A stretch of DNA of 64,000 bases. Source: Eledone cirrhosa (taxonomy: Eukaryota). The stretch covers positions 215,202,001-215,266,000 of the forward strand of contig OZ024741.1 in NCBI GenBank assembly GCA_964016885.1. The letters are read 5' to 3'. A program made the position numbers and the translations under genes. The notes beneath the pieces are model-generated. The model made no database searches and was not told the DNA's origin. It was given only the letters and a program-made list of their open reading frames with translations. Shown here piece after piece: positions 43,545 to 57,436 of the stretch (the first letter of the stretch is position 1; the number at the start of each line of letters is the position of its first letter).

Positions 43545-43718
43545 GTGGATTAGCAGTATCGGTAGAGGGTCGGACGCCATGCTTTGCAGCAAAGAGTTAC
43601 GGCTGAGTTCAAATCCCGCCGAGGTTAACTTTGCCTTTCATCTTTACGGGGTCGATAAAATAAAGTACCAGTAATATACTTGGATAATTGCTGGCCTTGT
43701 GCCAAACGTAGAAACAAT
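43545..43718 (+). mobile_element. SINE family B
   Basis: GAGTTCAAATCCCGCCGAGGTTAACTTTGCCTTTCATC..GGGGTCGATAAAATAAAGTACCAGT. Confidence 0.88.
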
Positions 43719-43735
43719 TAAATACTTTATTACTG

Positions 43736-43781
<46 letters not shown>

Positions 43782-43784
<3 letters not shown>

Positions 43785-44410
43785 ACGATAAATTAACGGA
43801 GCCATATACTCTCGTTATTCGCTGTCAATAATGTGCTCAAAGGAGAAGGAATCCTGAGCTCTTTAAAATACAATATGTTGAAAAGGTAACACACTAGAGA
43901 GAGATATAGTGCGCCATCAATAAAACATTATTGACAGGGGATAAAGAGAGTCTATGGCTCCGTTAATTTATCGTGATATTTCGCTCCTTATAACAGCTTT
44001 CCTCTCCCTCTGTTTGGTTGAGCACACTTCTTTGAGTGGTTTTTGGGATGGCGTTTCTAGCAGGTCGTCCCTCAGATACCACTGGTTCACTGCCCTAAGC
44101 ACGCTGTGACATCTCTCTGCCGCGTGTAGCTGGACGGTCGCTTTAGATTAGATTGTCTGGAATGTATAGTCTTGTACGCGCTGATGAATCATAGGCTATT
44201 CCATTTCAGTCAATAACTTCCTGACGAAACAGATCTCTTTGGATGTGTACGCGTGTGTTATATAGTTATAGAGGTGCGTATATACATTTTAATTTATATT
44301 TTTAATTATTGTGTCTACCCTGCCTTCCATAGTTTATAGATTCAATACACTGGTGGTTTTCCCTGTTTTATTGGTGGCACGCTATATCTCTCTCTGGTGT
44401 GTTAACTTTT
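43782..44410 (+). mobile_element. PLE terminal-repeat insertion with inverted arm and hammerhead (44175-44255)
   Basis: 43782-43834 is inverted at 43925-43978. TACGCG-CTGATGA-ATCA..TGAC-GAAA-CAGATC..GATGTG-TA-CGCGTG. Confidence 0.75.
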
Positions 44411-45822
44411 TTGCCAATAAGAAACACACGCACCAGTTGCTTTCACTTCAATTTATTATAATAAATTTATAAATTTAGGAATTTATAAATTTCCGGATGG
44501 TTGGTTGGTTCCACAACCAGATGGTTGTCTATATATTGTCAAAGTTCTTTCGTCACACATTCTGTGACCTCTTCAGTGACTTGCTTGCGGATCTGATTGC
44601 GGATTTGGTACGGGTGATGAGAAACGTGTCCCGCATGTGCAACCCCGAAGAACTAGAGAGACACATACAACACTTCATCCACCGTATGCAGTTCTCTGGC
44701 TACAATCAGAGAGATAAAATCAGAGTGTATAGAGGAGCCAGAACCAAATGGGAATAAATGGCAAATAATGACACAAATGGGACCTGCCCCTTGTATAGGA
44801 GCATATTTTGGAATAGAATAGAAAGAACTAGGAATAAGGATAATAGAATAAACTCATGGTATGATAGCAATAAATACCAGAGTGTAATGTTCATCGATAC
44901 AACCCCTAGAGCTGAATTAGCTTACAAATTTAGAAGGACCCTAGATAAACATAAACTCAATATTAAGATAGTAGAAAGACCAGGTACCTCCATAAAAACA
45001 CTTATTAGCAAGACATAGCCTTTTCAAAGACCTCCCTCTATAGATAAGAAATGTATAACCTGTAAATTAAGACCCCATATTAACTGTCAAACTAGAAATG
45101 TAGTATATAGCATAAGATGTACTGAAGGACAATGTAGAGATAAAAATATAGTGTACATAGGTGAGACAGCTCGTAGTATAGGGGAACGGATAAATGAACA
45201 CTGGCGAGACCTTCAAGATAGTAAAGAATCATCTGTACTCTACCAACATGCTAAAATAGAACATAAGGGAAAATTAGAGAACATGTAAATAAAAAATAGA
45301 ATCTACACACAGAAAAGACGCAATGTTTAGACAAATCACAGAGGCAATAAACATAAATGAATTACAACTAAAATTAAATAGAAAACATGAGTGGAACAGC
45401 AACATCACGACTTACAATTAAGGACAAAATGAAAACACACACGCACATAGAACAAACAACCAACCAGTAACATGTAAATAAACAAATAAATAAACGAATA
45501 TAAACACACACAGACACCCGGATGTAACACATGCGCAAACTAAGCACACAACACACACACAAAAACAAAATGGCGTAGGACAGAACAAAGGAGAGGCACA
45601 AAAAAATCAAAGAAAAGAATCCCCAGTCACTGAAGAGGTCACAGAATGTGTGACGAAAGAACTTTGACAATATATAAACAACCATCTGGTTGTAGAACCA
45701 ACCAACGAACCAACCGGAAATTTATAAATTCCTAAATTTATAAATTTATTATAATAAATTCAAGTGAAAGCAACTGGTGCGTGTGTTTCTTATTCGCAAC
45801 ATGACCCTCCCAAAGTATAACA
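44411..45822 (+). mobile_element. Penelope-like element (tentatively Nematis-like), thumb and GIY-YIG, with inverted terminal repeat and hammerhead
   Basis: PLYRSIFWNR..SVMFIDTTP..IKIVERPG..CITC..NVVYSIRC..YIGETARSIGERINEH..SVLYQH, with stops. 44411-44581 is inverted at 45624-45800. HHR 45626-45668. Confidence 0.9.
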
Positions 45823-46039
45823 ATATATATATATATATAAATATATATATCTCTCTCTCTCTATATATATATATATATCTGTGGTATTTATTATGTAATA
45901 GATATATTCTCTTGTTCAGCGTGAAATGTGTCCCGGTTGGGTTTTGATGTTGCTCCCTGCTCATCTGACTCACACCGACATACACACACACTCACACACC
46001 CATATATATATATGTATATATATAAATATATATATATAT

Positions 46040-46782
46040 ATGCTAATTGGGAGAAGAAATGGTGTATATATATTATCAAATGATTTTATGGACATATTTT
46101 ATGATATATTGCTCTGATTGTTTAATTTATTAATTCTTCATTGAGCCACATCGTGAATGGTTGCCACATATCTATCTGTGACTTTGTTTAGTTTGTGTAT
46201 ATGTAAATCTTTATATTTAATAATCGCCCATTAGGTTGAGATGCAATTTGGGCAATATTGGGCTGCGATTTCTAGCAACCTGCCCATTCGCCGTAAGAAA
46301 CCAATCACATTCTTTCTAACTTGACCACTGCCACGTCACGATTTTTAGCCATTTTGAATCTGTTTCTGGCAGGGATCGCTTTGGAAAATTACCTGTCTTA
46401 TCAGTTTGTTTCCTGACGAGTCCGAAACTCGAGATTTTATCCTTAATAGGATATCTCAAAACGCGAACGAAACCCCAGGGTAGAGACACAATGATGGTAA
46501 GAGTATACGCATTTCTTCTAACTTTACTTTTATACCTAATTGTGTATGGTTGACGATATATTTAGTCGATTTCTACATGCTGTTGAAATGTTGGGTAAAT
46601 ATTCTACTGCGGTCGGCCGCGAAGAGGCTGCTGTCGTTTATTTATCAAATATTTCTTCATAGGAGCCTTTATTCTTATAGTCTGGTCTAACTGATTTTTT
46701 ATGTGGTTAATTATGCTAACTGGGAGAAGAAATGGTGTATATATATTATCAAAGGATTCTATGGACATATTTTATGATATAT
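46040..46782 (+). mobile_element. Non-coding ~672-bp unit with ~70-bp terminal direct repeat and internal hammerhead (46407-46488)
   Basis: ATGCTAA.TGGGAGAAGAAATGGTG..TTTTATGATATAT at 46040 and ~46712. TGTTTC-CTGACGA-GTCCG..CGAAC-GAAA-CCCCAGGG-TA-GAGACA. Confidence 0.8.
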
Positions 46783-47215
46783 ATATATAGAGAGAGAGGT
46801 AAGTTATTCCGGGTTGAACCGGTGGTAACCACAGTAAGTAAGGTGCTCAATACATAGCAGAGTATAAGTTTTAATATAGATGAGATTCTACACGACTAGA
46901 ACTGTGTCATTCTTTAGAAATCATCCGTTAATCAATCAATGATAAACATTGATTGCTAACTAGAGGGATACAAAATACATAGAAGCGAAAACCAATCCAA
47001 ACCAAACAGTGAGTGTCTTATTATGCAAAGAGTTACGGCCCTTTTATGGTCTGAATTCAAATCCCGCCGAGGTTAACTTTGCCTTTCATCCTTACGGGCT
47101 CGATAAAATAAAGTACAAATAATGTACTGGGTAATTGCTGGCCTTGTGCCAAAAGTTGAAACAATTATTATTTCTGACAATATTATAACAATATAACCCT
47201 CCTCCAAATATATCA

Positions 47216-47262
<47 letters not shown>

Positions 47263-47398
47263 CAGAAGGGATATTCAATTTGTTGGTAATTCAACAACTA
47301 TAAATGTTTATAACTTATTCAGAGCACTCAACAGTATTTCTGGATTATAATATACAATGATATTAAATAAATGGAAACTATATTTATAAAACCATATT

Positions 47399-47459
47399 TA
47401 TTCTATTATATATATTTCAAGGGTACCAAAGTTTTGGTACGCTATCATCAGATAAAATA
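47399..47459 (-). ncRNA. Type I hammerhead motif
   Basis: TATTTTAT-CTGATGA-TAGCGTACCAAA..TTGGTACCCTT-GAAA-TATA-TA-ATAGAATA. Family also at 57840-58000 and 62650-62810. Confidence 0.8.
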
Positions 47460-47524
47460 CAAAATGTTTTATAAATATTTGACATAACCAAGGATAATAT
47501 ACCTTAACGGTTCAAGTTATCCAT

Positions 47525-47572
<48 letters not shown>

Positions 47573-47693
47573 ATTAGAATTGGTGCTCTGAAATAGCGAT
47601 GTATATATGAATATATGTATAGTATATTTGGCAATATACTGTATGCTTAATTAAAAACATTTTGAAGACCTTTTTTCAAAAAACAAAGGGAGA

Positions 47694-47739
47694 TAAGCTG
47701 ACAGATATGTTTCACACTGTTGGTGATCATCAGACCTTA
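47694..47739 (-). ncRNA. Type I hammerhead motif
   Basis: TAAGGT-CTGATGA-T-CAC-CAACA-GTG-T-GAAA-CATATCTG-TC-AGCTTA, within the rearranged element 47570-48110. Confidence 0.78.
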
Positions 47740-48105
47740 GCGCTCGCCGATTATTAGTGGAATTCTATAAGAATACAGCATCATCTTTTTAATTAAACAT
47801 ACAGTATATTGCCAAATATACTATACATATATTCATGTATACATCGCTATTTCAAAGCACCAATCCTAATTTTCAATTTTTGCTGTACCGTCAATCACTC
47901 TGTGTAATCAGCTCCCGATTATTACTGGAATTCTATAGGAATCCAGCATCTATAATTTTAAACAAACAAGGGGAGAGCGAGGCTCTGATGATCACCAACA
48001 GTTTGTTGAAAAAGGAAGTAAGTGACAAAGTCACTACTTTAAAATAATAGCGTAAGGTCTTCAAAATGTTTTTAATTAAGCATATAGTATATTGCCAAAT
48101 ACACT

Positions 48106-48219
<114 letters not shown>

Positions 48220-48522
48220 TAGTAAAAGGAAAAGAAAATGGTGACAAATTTTTCCCAGTGAAAAATAGTTTAATTAGGAAATAGTTTAATTAGGAATAAG
48301 TATAGCAAAGATCACGGGCGCTCTATCTCAAAATTATTTTTGAAAAGCATTAGAAATGCGCAACCGGTAAAAACTTAAAACTAAAACCGAATACTAACCA
48401 ATACTTATTACTAATTTATACTTATTCCTAATTAAACTATTTTTGACTAGGAAAAATTTGTCAGCATTTTCTTTTCCCTTTTCTTTTACTAATATATCAC
48501 AACTCGTGTGTTACACCTCTAT

Positions 48523-48582
<60 letters not shown>

Positions 48583-49436
48583 TTTTTTCCGTTGTGTTGT
48601 ACTATAAATATTACACACAGTAGATTATCAGCTCACGTAGAGTTTGCTCGACGGTTCCAGTTGTAGTTCCAAAAGTAATCCGGAGAAAAATAGAAAGATT
48701 TGAATGGATACAGTTTAGTTGAAAGGAATTTATTGACACGTGTTTCTATAACAGTTACATAACCTAAAACAGCTATCTACAAACTTTTAGTTATGCAGAC
48801 ATTCAATATTTCAATGTTATTGTTTACTGTCATTTCATCAGAATAATATTACTGAGGACCTATTTAGTTTTTATAGAGAATATTAGGAGGAAGGGGTGAA
48901 GTTGTTAGAAGAATAGTTGAAGGAGTGGTTTTTCGATAGCAGTGAGAATTCTTGGTGGCAGTGATTAATTAGATTCCCATCTGTTGTTTTGACATTTTTT
49001 ATAGAATATATTATTGGTTATTTTTCTAAATCTATAGAAGGATTAGAGATAGTAAAGATATGCGTGGTTGGTTTTGTGTTTGCACTTAACATTCAGACTT
49101 AAATTTTTCTTTCAAGTGTACGTATTCTTTCACCCACGCATTCACACACAAATATATTTGCACACCTCTACAAAATACATATACTCACAATTCACATATT
49201 CATACTTACATATATATACACATGCATACACATATATATACACACATGTATTCATGTACATACATACGCGCTCATGTGTATACATTTTCATACTCAACTT
49301 ATCTTTATATATACACACGTATAGACACACACATATATACATACATACTCTAGTCCATGTGTACACACATACACATACATACACATCCATATACACATAC
49401 ATACATACACATATATATATACATATATACATATAC

Positions 49437-49481
<45 letters not shown>

Positions 49482-49482
49482 C

Positions 49483-49531
<49 letters not shown>

Positions 49532-50577
49532 AGCACTTTAATACATGAATACACTTACATCTAACTATACACATCAAACATATATATATATTTACTTATT
49601 TATATACATTTTCACATATATATACATACTTATGGACGTTTTTAGACACATTCATTATCGCATATTTGTACCTATTCTCATCAGCATATCTTTTCATTAT
49701 TAGTATGGTAATTTAAGGTTATTAATATATGTTGAAAAGAGATTGTTTTTATATTTTTCTAACTAGATTAAGGTTTATATAGTTGGGGGATGTCCCTCTT
49801 TTATGTAATATTCGGCTTGTAGTGGGAAAAAAGGGTTTTAGTTCTGTGACGGCAGAATAATGTTCGTTCAATTCTGTTATTCAGCAGTTTCTTCTTGTGT
49901 GTGATTATGTAATAAATCTCAAGATTACACAATTTGCAGAAATTTTGGCTCCTGGAAAAGCTTTGGGTTTTAGCTAATTTTTCCCATTTTAGGGTAAACT
50001 TTTGATTGCTATCCCTGAGCGTCCAAGCTTTCTCTGCTAAAGTTGTTACATTTCTTTGGCTCTGGTGTTTTATTGAGTAAGAATGCCTATACAATCGAGA
50101 TTTAAACGATGTTGCCGTTGATCCCACGTAATACCACTCGTTGCCTCCGGATTTAATGGTACACTTATAAATAATATTTTTTTCCAGGCAGTTATTGCCG
50201 AGGGGGCAGTTGTCAGGATAGGTGCAGTTACAGTTGTGTACGTTGGGTTTTCTCTGGAGTAGTATTGCGGACGAACTTAGGTGTGGTTTATTTATGTTCT
50301 GTAGTGTATTGTCTACTGTTTTTTGGGGGTTCTTTGTACTTAAGTTCTTAGTGTTTTCGTTTAACCTTCTAGTATTGATCTTTTTTATGTGTTGTTCAAG
50401 GTTTAACGCTGTAGAGTATGACAGTCTTATAGTGGTAGGGTTTAGGATTTTGTGGTATTTGTGTGATGTGGGAAAATGTCTTTTAATTATTTTAAAGAAG
50501 AGTACTGGTAAATTTGTACTAATGGAGCTATTGTATTCGGGGTTATACCATAAGTACTCTTTGCATCGCTTTCTATT

Positions 50578-51351
50578 AGAAAGCGATGCAAAGAGTACTT
50601 ATGGTATAACCCCGAATACAATAGCTCCATTAGTACAAATTTACCAGTACTCTTCTTTAAAATAATTAAAAGACATTTTCCCACATCACACAAATACCAC
50701 AAAATCCTAAACCCTACCACTATAAGACTGTCATACTCTACAGCGTTAAACCTTGAACAACACATAAAAAAGATCAATACTAGAAGGTTAAACGAAAACA
50801 CTAAGAACTTAAGTACAAAGAACCCCCAAAAAACAGTAGACAATACACTACAGAACATAAATAAACCACACCTAAGTTCGTCCGCAATACTACTCCAGAG
50901 AAAACCCAACGTACACAACTGTAACTGCACCTATCCTGACAACTGCCCCCTCGGCAATAACTGCCTGGAAAAAAATATTATTTATAAGTGTACCATTAAA
51001 TCCGGAGGCAACGAGTGGTATTACGTGGGATCAACGGCAACATCGTTTAAATCTCGATTGTATAGGCATTCTTACTCAATAAAACACCAGAGCCAAAGAA
51101 ATGTAACAACTTTAGCAGAGAAAGCTTGGACGCTCAGGGATAGCAATCAAAAGTTTACCCTAAAATGGGAAAAATTAGCTAAAACCCAAAGCTTTTCCAG
51201 GAGCCAAAATTTCTGCAAATTGTGTAATCTTGAGATTTATTACATAATCACACACAAGAAGAAACTGCTGAATAACAGAATTGAACGAACATTATTCTGC
51301 CGTCACAGAACTAAAACCCTTTTTTCCCACTACAAGCCGAATATTACATAA
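50578..51351 (+). CDS. PLE ORF C-terminal part (thumb/linker and GIY-YIG endonuclease), open but 5-prime truncated; mirrored at 49801-50574 on minus
   Basis: LWYNPEYNSSISTN..RHFPTSHKYHKILN..RLSYS..CNCTYPDNCPLGNNCLEKNIIYKC..YVGST..FKSRLYRH..LKW..CKLCNLE..LLNNR..CRHRTK. Confidence 0.88.
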   Translation, partial: RKRCKEYLWYNPEYNSSISTNLPVLFFKIIKRHFPTSHKYHKILNPTTIRLSYSTALNLEQHIKKINTRRLNENTKNLSTKNPQKTVDNTLQNINKPHLSSSAILLQRKPNVHNCNCTYPDNCPLGNNCLEKNIIYKCTIKSGGNEWYYVGSTATSFKSRLYRHSYSIKHQSQRNVTTLAEKAWTLRDSNQKFTLKWEKLAKTQSFSRSQNFCKLCNLEIYYIITHKKKLLNNRIERTLFCRHRTKTLFSHYKPNIT

Positions 51352-51620
51352 AAGAGGGACATCCCCCAACTATATAAACCTTAATCTAGTTAGAAAAATA
51401 TAAAAACAATTTCTTCTCAACATATATTAATAACCTTAAATTACCATACTAATAATGAAAAGATATGCTGATGAGAATAGGTACAAATATGCGATAATGA
51501 ATGTGTCTAAAAACGTCCATAAGTATGTATATATATGTGAAAATGTATATAAATAAGTAAATATATATATATGTTTGATGTGTATAGTTAGATGTAAGTG
51601 TATTCATGTATTAAAGTGCT

Positions 51621-51653
<33 letters not shown>

Positions 51654-51672
51654 ATATATGTGTGTATATATG

Positions 51673-51717
<45 letters not shown>

Positions 51718-52307
51718 GTATATGTATATATGTATATATATATGTGTATGTATGTATGTGTATATGGATGTGTATGTATGTGTATGTGTGTACACATGGA
51801 CTAGAGTATGTATGTATATATGTGTGTGTCTATACGTGTGTATATATAAAGATAAGTTGAGTATGAAAATGTATACACATGAGCGCGTATGTATGTACAT
51901 GAATACATGTGTGTATATATATGTGTATGCATGTGTATATATATGTAAGTATGAATATGTGAATTGTGAGTATATGTATTTTGTAGAGGTGTGCAAATAT
52001 ATTTGTGTGTGAATGCGTGGGTGAAAGAATACGTACACTTGAAAGAAAAATTTAAGTCTGAATGTTAAGTGCAAACACAAAACCAACCACGCATATCTTT
52101 ACTATCTCTAATCCTTCTATAGATTTAGAAAAATAACCAATAATATATTCTATAAAAAATGTCAAAACAACAGATGGGAATCTAATTAATCACTGCCACC
52201 AAGAATTCTCACTGCTATCGAAAAACCACTCCTTCAACTATTCTTCTAACAACTTCACCCCTTCCTCCTAATATTCTCTATAAAAACTAAATAGGTCCTC
52301 AGTAATA

Positions 52308-52424
52308 TTATTCTGATGAAATGACAGTAAACAATAACATTGAAATATTGAATGTCTGCATAACTAAAAGTTTGTAGATAGCTGTTTTAGGTTATGTAAC
52401 TGTTATAGAAACACGTGTCAATAA
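52308..52424 (+). ncRNA. Type I hammerhead with large branched stem II (mirror at 48730-48846, minus)
   Basis: TTATT-CTGATGA-A-ATGACAGT..ACTGTTAT-A-GAAA-CACGTG-TC-AATAA. Confidence 0.82.
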
Positions 52425-52458
52425 ATTCCTTTCAACTAAACTGTATCCATTCAAATCT

Positions 52459-52576
<118 letters not shown>

Positions 52577-53418
52577 TTGTGTATGTATGCATATATATAT
52601 AGGGAGAGATATAAAACTAGAGAGAGTGACCGAGTAAGTAGGATCTGCACTAGCAATTGCTGAGAGTTTCCTTTATCAACCATATCGGGATTCGAAATGA
52701 GATCGCATTAAGCGCAGAGAGCCGGAGAAAGTCAGAATTCAATATTGCAACATATTCATCCGAATGCTCTCTAATGGCACTGACTATACAGCGCCTTAAC
52801 CATCCAAAAATATTGGAAGCAAAATAAAATAAAATATATTAAGCAAATAAATAATATCTCTCCACTACCATACACACCATCCGACAAAAAAAAACTTCTC
52901 TCCTTCCTCCAGCACACTAACGATACGCACGCCCCCAACCATAACACCACCCTTAAAGATTATTTTAACCTTGGATTCCTGTCAGCATCATTTGACCAAA
53001 ATGATATTTCGAGAACGGGGTATTTTAGCTATCTATCGCAAAAAATACCCAGTAAATTACCCTGAACGTAATGTATCCACTCCACTCTCCTCCGGTATGT
53101 AAAGATAAGTGTTTTTGTCTCTGGTTTTTTCCTCCCTATTTTTTACCCCTATTTTCGCTCTATTTTCCACCCCAGCCCCTATTTCCCCACTATTTTTCTC
53201 TTCTCCCTGTCAATCAAACTAAAAGTTAATTATGGGGTTGGAATTTCGGAGAGGTTATTCCTGTAAATGACTCGAAGCTAAACGGTCTCTTTATCTTTGT
53301 GTGTATAAGTGTATGTGTTTGGTGCCGTGCTTGGCTGTGTAAGATTGCGTGTCTGTGTATGGATATATTCACGTGTTTATATATATATATACAAAGATAT
53401 ATATATATATATATACAA

Positions 53419-53503
<85 letters not shown>

Positions 53504-53558
53504 AAGATATATATATATATATATATACAAAGATATATATATATATATATATATACAA

Positions 53559-53626
<68 letters not shown>

Positions 53627-53701
53627 GAGTATGTGAATGTATGTGTGTGTGTATATCTGAGTGTACATATTTCTCTCTCTTTCTCGCACTCTCTGTATTT
53701 A

Positions 53702-53789
<88 letters not shown>

Positions 53790-54346
53790 CATGCATACAT
53801 ACATACATTTATGCCTACATATAGGCCTACGTAAATGCCTACATACATTTATACATTCATATATGTATACATATATACATACGTACAGGCATATATTGCT
53901 ATCTACATACATAGATACATACATATATACATTTATATATGTATATGTATATACATACAGGCATACATACCTGCCCACCTACATAGATACATACATATAT
54001 ACATGCATACACATGCATATATACACACCTTCATATACACATACACATATATATACATATACATATAAAGATACCGACATTCATACATAGATACATACAT
54101 ATTTACATTCATATATGTATACATATATACATACAGGCATATATACCTGGCCACCTACATTAATACATACATATGTACATACATACAAACATCCATATAT
54201 ACACACTTACATACAAACATACATATATATATACATATAAACATGTAAAGATAGCAACATACACACACAGATAAGGAGAACTAGAGAAGGAGTGAGAGAG
54301 AAAGAGAGAGGAATATTTAAAAATACAAATATGTAAGAAAAATAAT

Positions 54347-54413
54347 AAAAAGAAAAAGAAAAAAGAAAAAGAAAAAGAAAAAGAAAAAGAAAAAGAAAAA
54401 GAAAAAGAAAAAG
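54347..54413. repeat. (GAAAAA)n hexamer repeat
   Basis: Direct reading. Confidence 0.95.
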
Positions 54414-54526
54414 ATTGGGAAATATAAAGAAGAGAGAGAAAGTGAAGGTAAGAAACAGAATGTATTATATAAGTATGATTTCAGGAATGTATATATAGAT
54501 ATATATATATATATAAAATAAATATA

Positions 54527-54557
<31 letters not shown>

Positions 54558-54614
54558 CATATATATATATATACATATATATATAAAATAAATAAATATA
54601 TGTTTATATATATG

Positions 54615-54714
<100 letters not shown>

Positions 54715-54716
54715 TG

Positions 54717-54749
<33 letters not shown>

Positions 54750-54872
54750 TTACATAAATATAGATATATATCTACATACATATTTATATATACATAATTC
54801 TACATATATATGTGTGTGTGTGTGTGTTTACGTGTGTGAGTGTGTTTGTGCGTTTGTGTGTGTATGAGGGTA

Positions 54873-54926
<54 letters not shown>

Positions 54927-55348
54927 CATAGTTTTATAGATATATACATATATATATATAAATGTCTATGTAAGTATATATAGACATGCATATATATGCA
55001 AACACACACACACATATATATATGCATATAATTATTATCATTTTTATTTTTATCTTTATTATTATTGTCATTGTTGTTGTTTTCTTATTATTGTTATGTA
55101 ATATCTTCAAAGGACATAGTTATATACGATAGGTCCTTGTGGTAATATCGTTGAATCTGTGAAGTGATATTGATATAGTTATATCAAAAGAAGAAAAGAA
55201 AGATAGCATAGAATATAATAAAACGAAATAAACATAAATTCCCGCCATTCTTATATAACTTCTTAATAAAATGAACGGCGGGAATTTATGTTACAAACCA
55301 ATATATATTTATATATATATATATATACATATATATACATATATATAC

Positions 55349-55428
<80 letters not shown>

Positions 55429-55564
55429 AAAAATGAGACATCTTTTTCGATTTCGTTTATATTAATATCTCTTTATGAGAGTATAAACGAAGCGAATGTA
55501 AAAATCTATATGCATATATGTATGTGTGTATGTATGTATATATATATATGTATATATGTATATA

Positions 55565-55868
<304 letters not shown>

Positions 55869-56314
55869 ATATATATATATATATCCATCTATATATATAT
55901 GTACATATATGCGTGTGCCTAAAGGTGCATACATACTTCTATACTTATTTATATACCAAATATATTAATAATATATATATAAGTGTGCGTGTGTGTAGGT
56001 TCATATGCTGTAAATGCTGCATCAAAACACAACGAAATAAATACTCTTTCTTTTCCTTAGTCTTTCTCCTGTCGTCTAAAATGCGTGGAAATACGAAATT
56101 TGAAAGCGTTACTGAGGAAGCACTTCTGTGTATAATAAGTGTAAAAACCTGTTCGCTGTGTTTCGTTCCATGGTAGAGCTGTCGTACAAAGTTACTCGTC
56201 GTGATATCATGATATCAACTATCTCGTACATGTGAAACCTGTACAAAATAGAAACACCCAAATGAATCTTACCTGGGCATATTCCATTACCTTAGCAATA
56301 TTGTTAATTGCATT

Positions 56315-56616
56315 GTTGTTGTTTAGTGTTGTTGTTGTTGTTGTGATTGTTGTTGCTGTGGTTGTTGTTGCTGAGGTTGTTGTTGTTGCTGTGGTTGTTG
56401 TTGCTGAGGTTGTTGTTGTTGCTGTGGTTGTTGTTGTTGGTGTGGTTGTTGTTGTTGTTGTGTGGTTGTTGTTGTTGTGGTTGTTGTTGTGGTTGTTGTT
56501 TCTGTGGTTGTTGTTGTTGTTGTTTGGTGTTATTGTGGTTGTTGTTGTTGTTGGTGGTGGTGTTGTGGTTGTTGTTGCTGTTTTAATCCTTGATGTGTTT
56601 TTGTAATTGTAATTGC

Positions 56617-56665
<49 letters not shown>

Positions 56666-56780
56666 CTTCTTCTTCTTCTTCTTCTTCTTCTTCTTCTTTA
56701 ACATCACCCCCCCCCTCATCATCATCATCATAATCATCACCATCATCATCATCATCATCAATATCACCATCATCATCATC
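56315..56780. repeat. Compound trinucleotide tract (GTT)n/(CTT)n/(CAT)n
   Basis: Direct reading. Confidence 0.95.
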
Positions 56781-57030
56781 TACGAAAATCGAACGAAAAA
56801 AACCAAACCAAAACAAAAACAAAACTAAACCAGAAACAATGACAAAAGCAATGATATGATGAAAATGAAATAACGCCAGGAGATGGAAATCAATGAAAGT
56901 CAATGAAAGTCAATGAGAAGAAATGATATGATTTGATTGTGATGGGATTTGAATGACAAGTTTATTGCTTACAATTTTATCGTTAATTTTAAATCACTCG
57001 ATACGACCACTGTCCCTCAACCTTCTCTCT

Positions 57031-57157
57031 AACCCACTAGCACCTAACCCCCATCTCTTTCTAGCCCACTAGCACCTAACCCCCATCTCTCTCTAGCCCA
57101 CTAGCACCTAACCCCTATCTCTCTCTAGCCCATTAGACCCTAGACCCCATCTCTCTC
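57031..57157. repeat. 32-bp minisatellite x4 (CCCACTAGCACCTAACCCCCATCTCTCTCTAG)
   Basis: Direct reading. Confidence 0.9.
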
Positions 57158-57436
57158 TTGCTTTCTCCAAATTGTTTCCACCTGAATAAGTATGAGAGTA
57201 TGACATATCTCCAATCCAACTGACTGCTAATTTTGAATAAATTTCCCTCAGGGGGAAACGTTAACCGAACTTGAGCTAAGCTAAGCTAAGCTAAGCTAAG
57301 CTAGGCTATGCTAGGTTGGCTGTGTACGATTCTGTTTTCTATTTTCGCTTCCACCTTATACGTATTCCGAAAATGACTCATAATAATCAAGTGACTCATG
57401 TAAATGTTCCGTTTAGGAGGTAAAACCACGTACAAC

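Noticed and set aside
44497-45380. Selenoprotein-type readthrough as described for some Naiad PLEs
   Set aside because: The interrupting stops are TAA and TAG rather than TGA, the endonuclease is C-terminal, and I saw no SECIS
50222-50930. 147-aa ORFs MQLQLCTLGF... on both strands
   Set aside because: Antisense shadows of the PLE ORF, doubled by the palindrome
57274-57318. (GCTAA)n run resembling a telomeric or Helentron-associated repeat
   Set aside because: Short, not TTAGGG, and no element termini identified
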